Made by a program: the position numbers and the translations under genes. Below the pieces are notes generated by a model. It made no database searches. It saw only the letters and a program-made list of their open reading frames with translations, and was not told the origin of the DNA. Shown here in pieces: positions 16,139 through 24,272 of a DNA stretch of 28,129 nt. This DNA comes from a virus (Duplodnaviria; Caudoviricetes): positions 1 through 28,129 of IMG/VR virus record IMGVR_UViG_3300037422_000090, one strand, 5' to 3'. Numbering within the stretch: position 1 is the stretch's first letter; each line of letters begins with the position of its first letter.

Positions 16139-16629
16139 GCGTCCGGCCCCGCCAGCAGGTCCCCGCTCACCATGGCGCCGCCAGGGATCTCGTCGACGAT
16201 CACCCGCAGCGCGCCGCCCGGCTTGATCGTGCCGCGCATGATCCGCAGGTCGTCGATGTCGCCATCGTCGCGGTAGACGTTCGCGTGCTTCAACGCATCG
16301 AGGGTCGCTTTCAGCAGGTTGTCGAGGTCGCGCGCGCGACGATCGGGCGGGTGCGCGATGATCACCACCGCCAGCCTGCCGGTCAGCCGGTTGCGCGGGA
16401 TGCGCTGCGCCATGATCTCGTTCGACACCGCGACGCGGTACTCGAGGCCCTCGCGCCCAGGGTGTTTCATGACGATCGGTTTGCCGGTCTGGCGACTGAC
16501 GACCGCGCGCTCGACGAAGTAGTGATTGACGCTCGGCGGCCACGGCAGCGTGAAGGCGAACGAGAGTGGCGCCGCCTGAGACCGACACCCCCGCCCTCCC
16601 CCAGCTGCCGCGGCGCCGAACTCGGTCAT
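16135..16629 (-). CDS. rusA: RusA-family Holliday junction resolvase
   Basis: LPWPPSVNHY; PPDRRARDLDNLLKATLDAL; YRDDGDIDDL. Confidence 0.9.
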   Translation of the reverse strand: MTEFGAAAAGGGRGCRSQAAPLSFAFTLPWPPSVNHYFVERAVVSRQTGKPIVMKHPGREGLEYRVAVSNEIMAQRIPRNRLTGRLAVVIIAHPPDRRARDLDNLLKATLDALKHANVYRDDGDIDDLRIMRGTIKPGGALRVIVDEIPGGAMVSGDLLAGPDA

Positions 16630-16820
16630 GTTGGGACTCGCGTGCAGCGATAGCCGCCTGAGACCTTGCGGACCGCGAACTTGTACTCCGGGTGCTTCTT
16701 GGCAAAGGCGTGCGCGGCGTTGCTCATCGCATGACCCCGGTCATAGTCCCCCTCAACGAAGAACGCCTCGCCGACCGCAAGCGAGGTCCACGGGTAGCGC
16801 CTGTAAGGGCGCTTGGTCAT
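16626..16820 (-). CDS. Small phage hypothetical protein (64 aa)
   Basis: 'YPWTSLAVGEAFFV...FAVRKVSGGYRCTRV', a recurring small phage protein pattern; ATGA-coupled. Confidence 0.65.
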   Translation of the reverse strand: MTKRPYRRYPWTSLAVGEAFFVEGDYDRGHAMSNAAHAFAKKHPEYKFAVRKVSGGYRCTRVPT

Positions 16821-17116
16821 GGTCGCCCGAACGTGCCTGGCAGCGGCATGCCGTCCTCCGTGTAGCCGGCTCGCAGGAAGTGCAAGGCGAGCATCAGCTG
16901 GCGGACGCCGACGCTGTATTGGGCACGCCAGAGCTTGCCGTCGACCTCGGCTGTGAACGTGATGCAGGCGACGGCTCTGCCGGACTGCATGCCACCATCC
17001 TTCGTGATGATCGTCAGGTCGTTGCCGGACGGCAGGGCTGGCATGGCATCGTCGCCATGCACAGCCCGGTCGAACTCGTCGGGCTGATTGACCAGGATCG
17101 CGACTTGCTCGCTCAC
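16817..17116 (-). CDS. Hypothetical protein (99 aa)
   Basis: GTGA/ATGA coupling with both neighbours. Confidence 0.6.
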   Translation of the reverse strand: MSEQVAILVNQPDEFDRAVHGDDAMPALPSGNDLTIITKDGGMQSGRAVACITFTAEVDGKLWRAQYSVGVRQLMLALHFLRAGYTEDGMPLPGTFGRP

Positions 17117-17610
17117 GCCGCGGCCCTGGCGTCCTCGACGTCAGCCTGGCCCTCGACGATCTCGACCGAGACCGTGTGGCCGAGCTGCTCGAACAAGCGG
17201 GCCACGCTCTTGTCGGCCGGCTCGCTCGCCTGCACCTGACACGACAGCGCGGTCGTGCCGCCTTCCTGCGGCTCGAGCTCCACCTTGGCGAGGTTCGAGG
17301 CCGGCAGCTTGATGCCGACCGGACTGCCCTGCAGCCAGATGGTGACGTTCACGCCCTTGATCTTTTCGCGCAGCCTGAGCGCGGCCAGCTGCGGGAACCG
17401 CGGTTGCGCGAGGGTGCTCGTCCCGCCTGGCGGCTGGAACAGGCAGTCGGCAGCCTGTGGATCGCGCAACAGGGCGTTGAGTTCGGCCTCCGACAGCACG
17501 ATGTCCTCGAGGGCGATGTCGATTGCCGGCACCCCCTCGTCGCCGTGCTGCTCCACGCGGCCATTCAGCGAGCGGCCAATGACCGCGGCTCGTCGTTCGA
17601 TGTTCAGCAT
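17113..17610 (-). CDS. Hypothetical phage protein (165 aa)
   Basis: AAGGAG RBS; coupled to downstream gene. Confidence 0.65.
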   Translation of the reverse strand: MLNIERRAAVIGRSLNGRVEQHGDEGVPAIDIALEDIVLSEAELNALLRDPQAADCLFQPPGGTSTLAQPRFPQLAALRLREKIKGVNVTIWLQGSPVGIKLPASNLAKVELEPQEGGTTALSCQVQASEPADKSVARLFEQLGHTVSVEIVEGQADVEDARAAA

Positions 17611-17632
17611 GATGCGGGTCTCCTTTGGTGGG

Positions 17633-18097
17633 TCAGTCGTCTTCTCGATCGTCGCGGTACTCGGACCACAGCAGGCGCCGCTCCGGGTAGCGATCGGGAT
17701 CCTTCGGATCGCGCGGGATGATCACGCCCAGGCACTCGAAGTCAGGCCCGGCCGGATCGCGGCAGATGTACGACCAGCGCGCCACGTGACGCTGCCAGTC
17801 GGAGAGCTGGAAGCGGCCGAAGGCGGCCTCGGTGAGGCGCTCGGCACGCGTCAGCCGGTGGCGACTCTTCGCCTGGCGGTCGGCCTTGAGCTTGGTGCGC
17901 AGGCCACGAAACGCCGACACCGTCGGCATCTTCTCGGCCTCGCTCAGTGCGAAGTCGACCACGCGCACGAACTCAGACAGCTGCCAGCGCCGGCAGCCGC
18001 GCCAGAACGCCTCGGGCTGATCCTTGAGCGGCACGTTGAAGCCGGCGCACAGCACCGACATGTGGCGGTCGAACTCGAGGCGCTCGCCGTCAAGCAC
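17633..18097 (-). CDS. Hypothetical protein in lambda-P (helicase loader) position
   Basis: Overlaps the end of the initiator gene; function inferred from position only. Confidence 0.5.
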   Translation of the reverse strand: MLDGERLEFDRHMSVLCAGFNVPLKDQPEAFWRGCRRWQLSEFVRVVDFALSEAEKMPTVSAFRGLRTKLKADRQAKSRHRLTRAERLTEAAFGRFQLSDWQRHVARWSYICRDPAGPDFECLGVIIPRDPKDPDRYPERRLLWSEYRDDREDD

Positions 18098-18908
18098 TGC
18101 CGCCTCCCTGCGCGCGGCGGCGCTCGTCGGCCTCGATCTCGTCGGCGGTCCTCAACCGCGGCCGCGCAGCCGGCAGTCCGCGCTGCCCACCAGGCTGCCG
18201 GTCCGCGTCGTTCCGGCACCAGTTGCGCCAGGTCGCATCCCAGTCGAGCTTGCGTGCCTTGGCGCCGGATGCCGCCCGCCAGTAGTCCGTGAACTTCGCG
18301 AACGTGCGCTCGGGGTCGACGCCCTCGGCCACCGCCACCTGCCGCCGCTCGGGCGTCAGCGCGAAGTCTTCCGGCAATCGACTCGCCGTCACGCGCGCGC
18401 GCGAGGGGGGCGCGGTAGCGCCCTCCTCTCTTCCTCCGTCTGCGTTTGAGTCTGCGTCTGCGTCTGCGTCTGAGGGGTCGGTCACCGGCGGTTTCCGGCG
18501 GTCTGCGGCGGTCGTGGGCGGTCCGCGGCGGTGCGCCATGCGCTGTGCGTTGCGTCCGTCTTCGATTTCCTGAGCGTTTTTAGCGAGTAAGCGTGCTTTC
18601 TCGCGGTACTTGGCGAAGTTGACGATCCGCCAGCCCCAATCGCGGTGTGAGTCGAGCAGTACCAGGCGCGCGCCTTCGGCGTCGGCCGATCGGCTGCCGG
18701 TGTCCCGACCGCAGAAGCGCTCCATGCACGCCTCGACCTCGACCAGCTTGAGACCGGTGACGCCGGCGATGTAGTGGCAGGTGACGTCGACGACGCCGTG
18801 CTTGTCGGCGAGCGAAAGGATGATCGGCCACAGGCCGATATCGGGCCATTTCCCGCACAGCGTGCCAGTCGTGAGGCTCGAGAACAGCGGGGTATAGCCG
18901 CCCGACAT
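18090..18908 (-). CDS. Phage replication initiator (lambda O-like organisation)
   Basis: N-terminal wHTH-like region, central low-complexity linker with DNA repeats, C-terminal 'RLPEDF...FTDYW...KLDWDATWRNW' domain typical of phage initiators. Confidence 0.75.
   Translation of the reverse strand: MSGGYTPLFSSLTTGTLCGKWPDIGLWPIILSLADKHGVVDVTCHYIAGVTGLKLVEVEACMERFCGRDTGSRSADAEGARLVLLDSHRDWGWRIVNFAKYREKARLLAKNAQEIEDGRNAQRMAHRRGPPTTAADRRKPPVTDPSDADADADSNADGGREEGATAPPSRARVTASRLPEDFALTPERRQVAVAEGVDPERTFAKFTDYWRAASGAKARKLDWDATWRNWCRNDADRQPGGQRGLPAARPRLRTADEIEADERRRAQGGGSA
18438..18532. repeat. Putative replication origin: five GGCGGT iterons at 10-bp period plus six GTCTGC-like hexamers
   Basis: GGCGGT at 18487, 18497, 18507, 18517, 18527; gtctgc/gtttga/gtctgc/gtctgc/gtctgc/gtctga at 18438-18473. 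Confidence 0.65.
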
Positions 18909-19126
18909 CAGCGCCCCCTGCCCCGTGTGGCCCCGCTGATTCCCTCGGCCGGGGCCAGGGTGATCAGTACCGTGGCGGCATGGATGTCCGCTGCTGCGGC
19001 CGCGTCGAGGTGATCCCGGGCGATTTCCTGCATCGAGCGCCCGGACGTGTGTGCTCTTGCCTGCAGCCAGGCGCGGGTGCGCTTGGTGATTTTGAGGCGC
19101 CGCAGGTCGACCAGGTCGTCGCTCAC
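18908..19126 (-). CDS. Small DNA-binding protein in CII position (ribbon-helix-helix-like)
   Basis: Strand (LRRLKIT), helix, then 'GRSMQEIARDHL' pattern; lies between cro and the initiator. Confidence 0.55.
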   Translation of the reverse strand: MSDDLVDLRRLKITKRTRAWLQARAHTSGRSMQEIARDHLDAAAAADIHAATVLITLAPAEGISGATRGRGR

Positions 19127-19196
19127 GCGTGCCCCCTTATGACAGGCTGGTTTTCAGCCGCAGGGCCGCGCCCTCGCGCTTGCGAGTTGCGGCCGG

Positions 19197-19418
19197 TCAC
19201 GCCGCGCTCTCGCGCGCGAGATCCCCTTCCGGGGGCGCCCCTTTCTGGTACAGGCTGGGATCGAACGGCAGCGCGCCACCCGTTGCGTCATGGAGCCTGC
19301 GCGCCATGAGCTCGGGGATCAGTTCACCCCACTGGGAAGCGGCACTCTTGGTGACTCCGGCAGCGCGGCCAGCCTTGGCCGCCGTGCCGAAATACTTCAG
19401 GACGTCCGATTTCAGCAT
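19197..19418 (-). CDS. cro: Cro-like repressor
   Basis: MLKSDVLKYFGTAAKAGRAAGVTKSAASQWGELIPE: P22/N15 Cro-type HTH, divergent from cI. Confidence 0.85.
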   Translation of the reverse strand: MLKSDVLKYFGTAAKAGRAAGVTKSAASQWGELIPELMARRLHDATGGALPFDPSLYQKGAPPEGDLARESAA

Positions 19419-19489
19419 GCTGCGGAAGGTACAGCATGTTCAACCCGCTAGTCAAGGATGCTGTTCCGACTTGCGGCTATCCTGATCCC
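19410..19489. promoter_or_regulatory. OR-like region: three operators and divergent promoters
   Basis: Operators TTTCAGCATGCTGCGG (19410-25), GTACAGCATGTTCAAC (19429-44), GTCAAGGATGCTGTTC (19451-66); minus-strand TTGACT-N18-TACCTT toward cro; plus-strand TATCCT (19478-83) toward cI. Confidence 0.75.
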
Positions 19490-19741
19490 ATGATCGACCA
19501 GATGGGCGAGCGTATTAGGCAGCTGCGAGTGGCTCGTGGCATGACCCAGGCCCAGCTTGCCGAAAAGTGCGGCGTGACGAAAAGCGCCGTTTCGCAGTGG
19601 GAGAGCGGATCCACCAACAACATCAAGATCGACCCTTTCCTCAAGCTCGTCGAAGCCTTGGGGACCGACCCCCATTACCTCGCCTACGGCGCAGATCGGG
19701 CCCCGGAGCGCCGCGCCGCCAGGCGCAAAGGCGCCGCCTGA
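19490..19741 (+). CDS. cI: CI-like XRE HTH repressor lacking a peptidase domain (83 aa)
   Basis: GERIRQLRVARGMTQAQLAEKCGVTKSAVSQWESG; start ATG 19490 (or 19502). Confidence 0.85.
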   Translation: MIDQMGERIRQLRVARGMTQAQLAEKCGVTKSAVSQWESGSTNNIKIDPFLKLVEALGTDPHYLAYGADRAPERRAARRKGAA

Positions 19742-19899
19742 TTCGTCGCCTTTCTGCCCCTTCCCACCCGAAATTCACCCATAGCACGTTTTCTGTCCTG
19801 AACACCGGGTGATCCCCCGGCTTGTTGCTTCTTGGCATAGCCGACCACCAGTAGTTCCAGTTTCGAGCCCTCGGCCGCGTCCTGTTTAGCACCTTTGCG

Positions 19900-19939
19900 G
19901 TACAGCATGCTTGACACATGGTTCAGCTTGCTGTACTTT
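19900..19939 (+). promoter_or_regulatory. PL/OL-like early promoter with two operators
   Basis: TTGACA (19911-16)-N17-TACTTT (19934-39), overlapped by GTACAGCATGCTTGAC (19900-15) and GTTCAGCTTGCTGTAC (19921-36). Confidence 0.85.
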
Positions 19940-19967
19940 TGCGCCGTAGCAATCACGGGAGCCAGAC

Positions 19968-20396
19968 ATGTCAGCAGCGCGTCCCCTCGAACAGTTACCT
20001 TCCCTCGAGTCGATCTTCGGTCCGGTCATCAGCGCGTATTCGCGCGCCCAGGCGATCGAGGACGGCGTCCTCGTCGACGTGAGTTCGGTTGCGCGCGAGG
20101 CGGGGATCAAGTTCCCGGTCGCCATGACGCGCGCCGCCTTCGAACAGACCGTCACGGTTCCGCCGGGCGTCGTCGGCCAGGACGAGTCCGGGCGGCTGTG
20201 GGACGTGCTCTGGATGCTGCGATGCGCGATCCAGCGCGGCCGCGGGGGCGAGCGCGTGGACTTCGAACTCTACGTGCGCAGCGCCTCGAGCCACGAGCGG
20301 CTCACGCGTCGCGACCTCGTGCAGCTCTACGCGCTCTGCGGCCCCGGCGACGCCGGCGAGCCGGTGATCACGATCATGCAGCCGGGGGAGGACTGA
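19968..20396 (+). CDS. DUF6573-like protein
   Basis: 'YSRAQAIEDGVLVDVS...AREAGIKFPVAMT...QDESGRLWDVLWM...ITIMQPGED'; first gene of the early rightward operon. Confidence 0.7.
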   Translation: MSAARPLEQLPSLESIFGPVISAYSRAQAIEDGVLVDVSSVAREAGIKFPVAMTRAAFEQTVTVPPGVVGQDESGRLWDVLWMLRCAIQRGRGGERVDFELYVRSASSHERLTRRDLVQLYALCGPGDAGEPVITIMQPGED

Positions 20397-20397
20397 C

Positions 20398-20580
20398 GTG
20401 GTCGCCTCCTACGAAGTCATCGACACGCAAACTGGTCAGCGAGTGCGGCGCTGCCAAAGCCTGCGTAGCGCCTGTCGGGTGTGCGACCGGCTCGATCAGG
20501 AATACGGCGCGGTGCGATACATCGCGCGGCGGATCACCGAGGGTTCGCTGCCGCAGCCGCTCGGCATGGAGGCCGCGTGA
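20398..20580 (+). CDS. Hypothetical protein (60 aa)
   Basis: GGAGG RBS; stop overlaps the methyltransferase GTG. Confidence 0.6.
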   Translation: MVASYEVIDTQTGQRVRRCQSLRSACRVCDRLDQEYGAVRYIARRITEGSLPQPLGMEAA

Positions 20581-22106
20581 TCGTCGTCGACAACTTCGCG
20601 GGCGGTGGCGGCGCTAGCACTGGCATCGAGGCCGCGCTCGGCCGCCCCTGCGACTTTGCCATCAACCACGACGCCGAGGCGATCGCGATGCACCGGGCGA
20701 ACCACCCCGGCACGGTGCACTTCCAGACCAACGTGTGGGACGTGAACCCGCGCCAGCTCGCGAAGGGCCGGCCGGTGTCGCTCGGCTGGTTCAGCCCCGA
20801 CTGCACGTTCCACTCGAAGGCGCGCGGCGGCAAGCCATTCCGCGATCGCAACCGCGCCAGGCGGACCCGCGGCCTTGCCTGGCTGGTGCATCGCTGGGTG
20901 AAGGCGCTCGGCCCGAATCGGCCGCGCGTGATCATGCTCGAGAACGTCGAAGAATTCGCCGACTGGGGGCCGCTCAACGTCGACGGCACCCCGAACAAGC
21001 GCCGGCGCGGTGAGACATTCCGCCGCTGGCACAGCGGGCTCGAAAACCTCGGCTACGCGATCGACATGCGCGAGCTGCGGGCCTGCGACTACGGCGCTCC
21101 GACCACGCGCAAGCGGCTGTTCGTCATTGCCCGTTGCGACGGCAGCGAGATCGTGTTCCCCGAGGCGATGCACGGCCCTGGCCTGGTGCCCTATCGCACC
21201 GCCGCGGACTGCATCGACTGGTCGATCCCTTGCCCGTCGATCTTCGAACGGGCGCGGCCGCTCGCTGATGCAACGCTGCGCCGGATCGCGCGCGGCGTCA
21301 TGCGCTACGTCGTCAACAATCCACGGCCATTCATCGTGCCGATCACTCACAGGGGCGACAACCGCGTGCATGGCATCGACGAGCCGCTGCGCACGGTCAC
21401 GACCGCGAACCGCGGCGAGCTCGCGCTGATCGCGCCCTCGATCATCAATACCAGGAACGGCGAGCGAGCCGGGCAGTTGCCGCGCGTGCGCGACGTGCTG
21501 GATCCGTTCCCGACTGTCACCGCCCAAGGCAGCCAGGGCGCCGTGGTCGCGGCCTTCCTGGCGCAGCACAACGGCGGCTACTACGACGCGAAGGGCGGGG
21601 CTGGTCGCGCTGCTGACCTGCCACTTTCGTCGATCACGACGCGTGCCACGCAGCAGCAGCTCGTGACCTCGCACGTGGTCAAGCTCAAGGGCACCAGCCA
21701 GGACGGCCAGGCGGTCAGTGAACCGCTGCACACCGTCCAGGCCGGCGGTCAGCACTACGGTGAGGTCCGCGCCTTCCTGCTCAAGTGGTACGGCAACGAG
21801 CGCGAAGGCCACAACATCAGCGCGCCGATCGGAACGGTGACGACGAAGGACCGCTTCGGCCTAGTGACAGTCCGCGGCGAGCCCTACCAGATCGTCGACA
21901 TCGGCATGCGGATGCTGACGCCGCGCGAGCTGTTCCGTGCCCAGGGCTTCGGGGACGAGTACGTGATCGACCCCGAACACGACGGCCGGCCGCTGACCAA
22001 GACATCGCAGGTGCGCATGGCCGGCAACTCGGTCTGCCCGCCGGTCGCCGAGGCGCTGGTGCGCGCGAACGTGATCGATCAGGAGGAACGGAGGAAGGCC
22101 GCATGA
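20577..22106 (+). CDS. C5 cytosine DNA methyltransferase (orphan, phage type)
   Basis: Start GTG 20577; motif I FAGGGG, catalytic SPDC, ENV, RKRLF, motif X GNSV. Confidence 0.92.
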   Translation: MIVVDNFAGGGGASTGIEAALGRPCDFAINHDAEAIAMHRANHPGTVHFQTNVWDVNPRQLAKGRPVSLGWFSPDCTFHSKARGGKPFRDRNRARRTRGLAWLVHRWVKALGPNRPRVIMLENVEEFADWGPLNVDGTPNKRRRGETFRRWHSGLENLGYAIDMRELRACDYGAPTTRKRLFVIARCDGSEIVFPEAMHGPGLVPYRTAADCIDWSIPCPSIFERARPLADATLRRIARGVMRYVVNNPRPFIVPITHRGDNRVHGIDEPLRTVTTANRGELALIAPSIINTRNGERAGQLPRVRDVLDPFPTVTAQGSQGAVVAAFLAQHNGGYYDAKGGAGRAADLPLSSITTRATQQQLVTSHVVKLKGTSQDGQAVSEPLHTVQAGGQHYGEVRAFLLKWYGNEREGHNISAPIGTVTTKDRFGLVTVRGEPYQIVDIGMRMLTPRELFRAQGFGDEYVIDPEHDGRPLTKTSQVRMAGNSVCPPVAEALVRANVIDQEERRKAA

Positions 22107-22342
22107 GCCACCCTGACGCGATTTTCGAGAAGTTCGAGGGATTTTTTGGCCGGCGCCCGACGGCGGTCCAGTACACACAGGACACCATCGGCATCCTGTA
22201 CCAGCAGTGGAGGGCCGAGGGCTACCAGCTCGTCGCCAACGAGTTTCGCCAGGGCCACGACACGCTGGTCATGGCGAAGGACGGCGACGTGCGCGCAGCG
22301 ATCGACCAGGGCGAGCAGCGCGCCTGGGGGGTGCTGCCATGA
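22103..22342 (+). CDS. Hypothetical protein (79 aa)
   Basis: ATGA-coupled both sides; MSHPDAIFEKFEGFF... Confidence 0.6.
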   Translation: MSHPDAIFEKFEGFFGRRPTAVQYTQDTIGILYQQWRAEGYQLVANEFRQGHDTLVMAKDGDVRAAIDQGEQRAWGVLP

Positions 22343-22677
22343 CCGCCCTCGACCAGGCGATGCGCGAGGGTATTCGCGAACTCGCCAGGCAGCGCGATCC
22401 GCTGCTGTGCACCTGCTACTCGATCACCGACAACAACGGCGTGCTGCACCCAGTGCTGTGCCAGATGCACCGCGACGATCTGCACCAGTTACTCGGCGGC
22501 TTCCACTGGGTCGAGCCGAAGTACCAGCGCTACTTCGAGACCGAACGGGACGCGCTCGATCGCGCGCGCATCATTCTGGACCGCTGGCCGAGCGAGGGCT
22601 ACGGCACCACGGTTCCGATCTTCCACATCAGCCGCTGGTGGCTGCTGCGTGCCAACTGGTCGAGCTCATGCGAATGA
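22339..22677 (+). CDS. Hypothetical protein (112 aa)
   Basis: ATGA-coupled; MTALDQAMREGIRE... Confidence 0.6.
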   Translation: MTALDQAMREGIRELARQRDPLLCTCYSITDNNGVLHPVLCQMHRDDLHQLLGGFHWVEPKYQRYFETERDALDRARIILDRWPSEGYGTTVPIFHISRWWLLRANWSSSCE

Positions 22678-22844
22678 TCCCGCGCCAGCGCGACATCGAC
22701 TACCTGGTGCAGGCGCTGTGGCGCGCCCGCGTGTGGATGAACCAGCAGCGCCGACTGCGCCAGGCGGCGCCGACTCCGAACAGCAACGACATCCCGCCAC
22801 TGCTGCGCAAGCAGCTCGAGCGGACAAGGAGACCCAGGCCATGA
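22674..22844 (+). CDS. Small protein (56 aa) with FtsZ-tail-like motif
   Basis: ATGA-coupled both sides; MIPRQRDIDYLVQALWRARVWMNQQRRLRQAAPTPNSNDIPPLLRKQLERTRRPRP. Confidence 0.5.
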   Translation: MIPRQRDIDYLVQALWRARVWMNQQRRLRQAAPTPNSNDIPPLLRKQLERTRRPRP

Positions 22845-23689
22845 ACGACGAAAACCGCGACCTGCCCGTAGCCCGCACCGTCACCGTGGCCGCCCAGGCA
22901 GCGACCGCCGCCGAGGTGAAGGGCCAAGTGCAGCGCATCCAGCAGGTGATGCGGGCGGTGATGAAGAGGGACGTCCACTACGGCCAGATCCCGGGCACGC
23001 AGAAGCCGACGCTCTACAAGGCCGGTAGCGAGGTGCTGCTGACCGCCTTCCACCTGTCGGTTGATCCGCAGGTCGAGGACCTCTCGACGCACGACGAAGT
23101 GCGCTACCGGGTGCGCGCCCGCGGCATGCACCAGATGACCGGGATCATGATCGGCGTCGGCGTCGGCGAGGCCTCTTCAAACGAAGAGAAGTACCGCTGG
23201 CGCAAGGCGGTGTGCCAGGAAGAGTTCAACGACACCGACGAGGACCGCCGGCGCGTCAAGTACCAGCACACGCGCGATGGCGTGCTGCGCCTTCAGCAGG
23301 TGCGCACGGTGCCGGCCGACGTCGCCAACACCGTGCTCAAGATGGCGAAAAAGCGCGCGCAGATCGACCTGTGCCTGACGGCGCTCGCCGCCTCCGACTG
23401 CTTCACCCAGGACCTCGAGGACATGCCCGACGAAGTGCGCGAGTCGGTGACCGCCGGCGACCGCGAGGCACCACGCAGCGCGAAACCTGCGACCGAGCGC
23501 CCGCAGGCCACCGGCACCGGCCGCGGCGTCGCCACCGAGCGGCAGCAGAAGCTGATCCACGCCAGGCTCGATGCGTCCGGCCTGCGCGAGGACGACTTCC
23601 TCGCGGCCATGGACGTCGACTCGATCGCGCACCTGCCCTTCGCCAAGGTCGACGAGGCCTTGAAGTGGATCGCTGACCGTGCGCCTTGA
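22841..23689 (+). CDS. Putative single-strand annealing/recombination protein
   Basis: AAGGAG RBS; 'HYGQIPGTQKPTLYKAGSE', 'NTVLKMAKKRA', 'FTQDLED', C-terminal 'ATERQQKLI' domain; adjacent to a nuclease. Function inferred from context. Confidence 0.6.
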   Translation: MNDENRDLPVARTVTVAAQAATAAEVKGQVQRIQQVMRAVMKRDVHYGQIPGTQKPTLYKAGSEVLLTAFHLSVDPQVEDLSTHDEVRYRVRARGMHQMTGIMIGVGVGEASSNEEKYRWRKAVCQEEFNDTDEDRRRVKYQHTRDGVLRLQQVRTVPADVANTVLKMAKKRAQIDLCLTALAASDCFTQDLEDMPDEVRESVTAGDREAPRSAKPATERPQATGTGRGVATERQQKLIHARLDASGLREDDFLAAMDVDSIAHLPFAKVDEALKWIADRAP

Positions 23690-24272
23690 GTTCGAACGCG
23701 AAACGCACAGCTATCGCATCAACGGCCAGCGCGTGCCGTCGGTGACGGAGGTCCTCGAACCGCTCAATGACTGGGGCGGTGCGCCGCGCGAGACCATCCA
23801 GATGGCGGCCGCCTTTGGTCGGCACGTGCACGAGGCCTGTCACCTGTTCAACCGCGGTGAACTCGACTACGGGAAGCTCGACCCCGCGCTGCGGCCCTAC
23901 GTTGATTCCTGGGCCGCGTTCCTCGAGGTGTCTGGCGCAGTCGTGATCGCGAGCGAGCTGCAAGTCGGCCACCCGCTCTACGGCTACGCCGGCACGCTCG
24001 ACCTGATCGCCGAACTCAAGGCCCACAGCGGACGCGCGCTGATCGACATCAAGAGCACGGCCACCGTGCCCCGCGTCGTCGGCCCGCAGACCGCGGCGTA
24101 TCGCGAGGCCTACACCGGCGGCAAGCGCCGCCTGGCGCCGAAGCGCTACTGCGCACACCTGCAGAAGGACGGCTCGCCAGCCAAGCTGCACGCGCTCAGC
24201 GACCCGGCCGACTTCTCGATCTTCCTGTCGGCACTCAATTTGTGGAAGTGGCGCCAAAAACATGCCGCGTAA
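23679..24272 (+). CDS. PD-(D/E)XK exonuclease-like protein
   Basis: VPSVTEVL; GRHVH; YAGTLD...LIDIKS; QTAAY. Confidence 0.8.
   Translation: MRLEFERETHSYRINGQRVPSVTEVLEPLNDWGGAPRETIQMAAAFGRHVHEACHLFNRGELDYGKLDPALRPYVDSWAAFLEVSGAVVIASELQVGHPLYGYAGTLDLIAELKAHSGRALIDIKSTATVPRVVGPQTAAYREAYTGGKRRLAPKRYCAHLQKDGSPAKLHALSDPADFSIFLSALNLWKWRQKHAA

Noticed and set aside
19641-19838. Minus-strand ORF MPRSNKPGDHPVFRTENVLWVNFG... convergent on cI
   Set aside because: Overlaps about 100 nt of cI in antisense, with a weak RBS and no recognisable family; cannot be supported, though not excluded.
19884-19899. Possible third OL operator GTTTAGCACCTTTGCG
   Set aside because: Right half matches the consensus poorly.
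20496-21812. 438-aa minus-strand ORF
   Set aside because: Antisense to the methyltransferase.
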